DNA of 64,000 bases from Pristiophorus japonicus (Eukaryota): positions 40,176,001 to 40,240,000 of the forward strand of contig NC_091995.1 of the NCBI RefSeq assembly GCF_044704955.1, in the 5' to 3' direction. The position numbers and the translations under genes were made by a program. This document shows positions 62,093-64,000 of the stretch, piece by piece. The stretch's first letter is position 1. Every line of letters begins with the position of its first letter. A model generated the notes under the pieces. It was not told the DNA's origin. It saw only the letters and a program-made list of their open reading frames with translations, and ran no database searches.

Positions 62093-62404
62093 GGTGTCCA
62101 GACCGGTGTCATATTTCTGTTACATTTGTGTTAACATTTCCTTTATAATTTCCTGTATCAACCTTTATGTTTGAAGCAGCCACTGTAAGCTGATCATGCT
62201 GTAATTATACTCTCCAACCACTGTCGAACTGCCTTGCTTTTCCCAGAGAAACTGCTGTATCTACTTCCCAAATTGAATAAATGTTGCTATTTAACTATTA
62301 ATCTACTTATATTGTATTAGAAATGTTACGTACTGCCTGTCCACACAATCTTACTTCTTTTGTCACATTGGTTATCAATTTTGCCCCATTATCAATTCCT
62401 ATGA

Positions 62405-62755
62405 ATTAAGGACTTGGATAGAGTGAATACGGAGAAACTGTTTCCCGTGGCAAAGTTTGATAACCAGAGGACGCAGATTTAAGATAATTGGAAAAAGAAC
62501 CAGAGGCGACATGAGGAGATTTTTTTATGCAACAAATTGTTGTGATCTGGAATGCAATGCTTGAAAGTGCGCTGGAAGCAGATTTAATAGCGACTTTCAA
62601 AAAGGAATTGGATAAATACTTCAAGGGGAATATTTTGCAGTGCTATGGGTAAAGGGCAGAGGAGTGAGTCTAATTGGATAGCTCTTTAAAAGACTCGGAT
62701 CAGGCATGATGGGTCAAATGGCCTCTTTCTGTGCTATATCATTCTATGATTCTAG
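62405..62755 (+). mobile_element. CR1 3' fragment
   Basis: TTGTGATCTGGAATGCAATGCTTG; tail ATTCTATGATTCTA. Confidence 0.8.
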
Positions 62756-62834
62756 CCAACGTTAACAGGCTGTAATTGCACCCTTCCTCCAGTAGTGGCG
62801 CTGTAATGCCTCAGTTTTATATTGCCCAACTCTT

Positions 62835-64000
62835 CATAGAATCATAGAATGGTTACTTTTAAAACCTGTGATTGAGGCTGCCTTCACAACCGTTTCAGGC
62901 AGTGCATTCCAGATCCTAACAACTCACTGCGCAAATAAGATTTTTTTTCTTATGCTGCCTTTGGTTCTTTTATCTGTGTCCTCTGGTTATCGACATTACT
63001 GCCAATGGTAACAGTTTCTCTCTATCTACTTTGTCCAAACCCTCATGATTTTGAACACCTCTATCAAATTTCCTCTCAATCTTCTCTGCTCTAAGGAGAA
63101 CAACCCCAGCTTTTCCAGTCTATCCACGTAACTGAAGTCCCTCATTCCTGGAATAATTCTCATCAATCTTTTCTACACCCTCTCTAAGGCCTTCACATCC
63201 CTCCTAAAGTGCGGTGCCCAGAATTGGACACAATATTCCAACTGAGCCCGAACCAGTGCATTATTCAGGTTCATCATAATTTCCAAGCTTTTGTACTCTA
63301 TTACCTCTATTCATAAAGCCCAGGATTCCGTAAGCATTTTAAATGCTTTCTCAACCTGTCCTGCCACCTTCAATGATTTGTGCACATATACCCCTAAGTC
63401 TCTCTGTTCATGCACCCCCTTTAGGATTGTACCCTTTAGTTTATATATCCTCTCCTCATTCTTTCTACCAAAATGTATCAATTCACACTTTTCTGCATTA
63501 AATTTCAACTGCCACATTTCCGCCCATTCCACCTGCCTGTCTATGTCTTGAAATTTATCACTATCCTTCTCATTTTTAACTATACTTCCAAGTTTTGTGT
63601 CATCTGTAAATTTGTAAATTGTGCTCTGTACACCCACATCAAAGTAATTAATATATATCAAGAAAAGCAGTGGTCCTAGTACTGACCCCTGGGGAACACT
63701 ACTGTATACCTTCCTTCAGTCCGAAAAACAACCGTTCACTACTACTCTCTGTTTCCTGTCACTTAGCCAATTTCAAATCATATGCTACCACTGTCCCTTT
63801 ATTCCATGGTCTTCAACTTAGCTGGCAAGCCTATTATGTGTCACTTTGTCGAACACATTTTGGAAATCCATGTGCACCACGTCAAACACAATGCCTTCAT
63901 CAACCCTCTCTGTTACTTCATCAAAAAACTCGATCAATTTGGTTAGAAATGATTTGCCTTGAACAAATCCATACTGGCTTTCCTTAAGTAATCCACATTT
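62835..64000 (-). mobile_element. CR1 RT to 3' end, runs off the window end
   Basis: IYINYFD...KFTDDTKLG...LKFNAEKCELIHFG; CATAGAATCATAGAAT tail. Confidence 0.9.

Noticed and set aside
61290-64000. Searched for the MHC class I alpha1 and leader exons
   Set aside because: Only MITE, VNTR and CR1 sequence recognised; these exons presumably lie beyond the window

Overview
Eukaryotic, repeat-dominated vertebrate genomic DNA. The CR1/HER1-like/L2/RTE/Penelope/Deu-SINE mix and the gene content point to a cartilaginous fish (shark); the species cannot be called from sequence alone. Host genes: (1) an intact two-exon GPR139-like class A GPCR (30851..30920 + 34105..35030, 331 aa, +); (2) a paralogous GPR139-like pseudogene with the same architecture (52322..56160, +); (3) the 3' part of a non-classical MHC class I heavy-chain gene on the minus strand (alpha2, alpha3, TM and a possible cytoplasmic exon; leader and alpha1 not found in the window), lying tail-to-tail with the GPCR pseudogene. 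Most other ORF-track entries are decayed transposon fragments or artefacts of minisatellites. Notable structures: a 19-bp promoter element conserved between the two GPCRs; a perfect 85-bp direct repeat bracketing the GPCR promoter and exon 1; a dead but TIR-complete Harbinger transposon plus many fold-back MITEs sharing its motifs; a ~100-bp 28S rRNA piece captured inside a CR1; a Penelope hammerhead-ribozyme motif; three non-autonomous RTE-tailed elements; and a two-phase 16-bp minisatellite. Repeat boundaries are read by eye and approximate. Exon and TSD coordinates were counted base by base.
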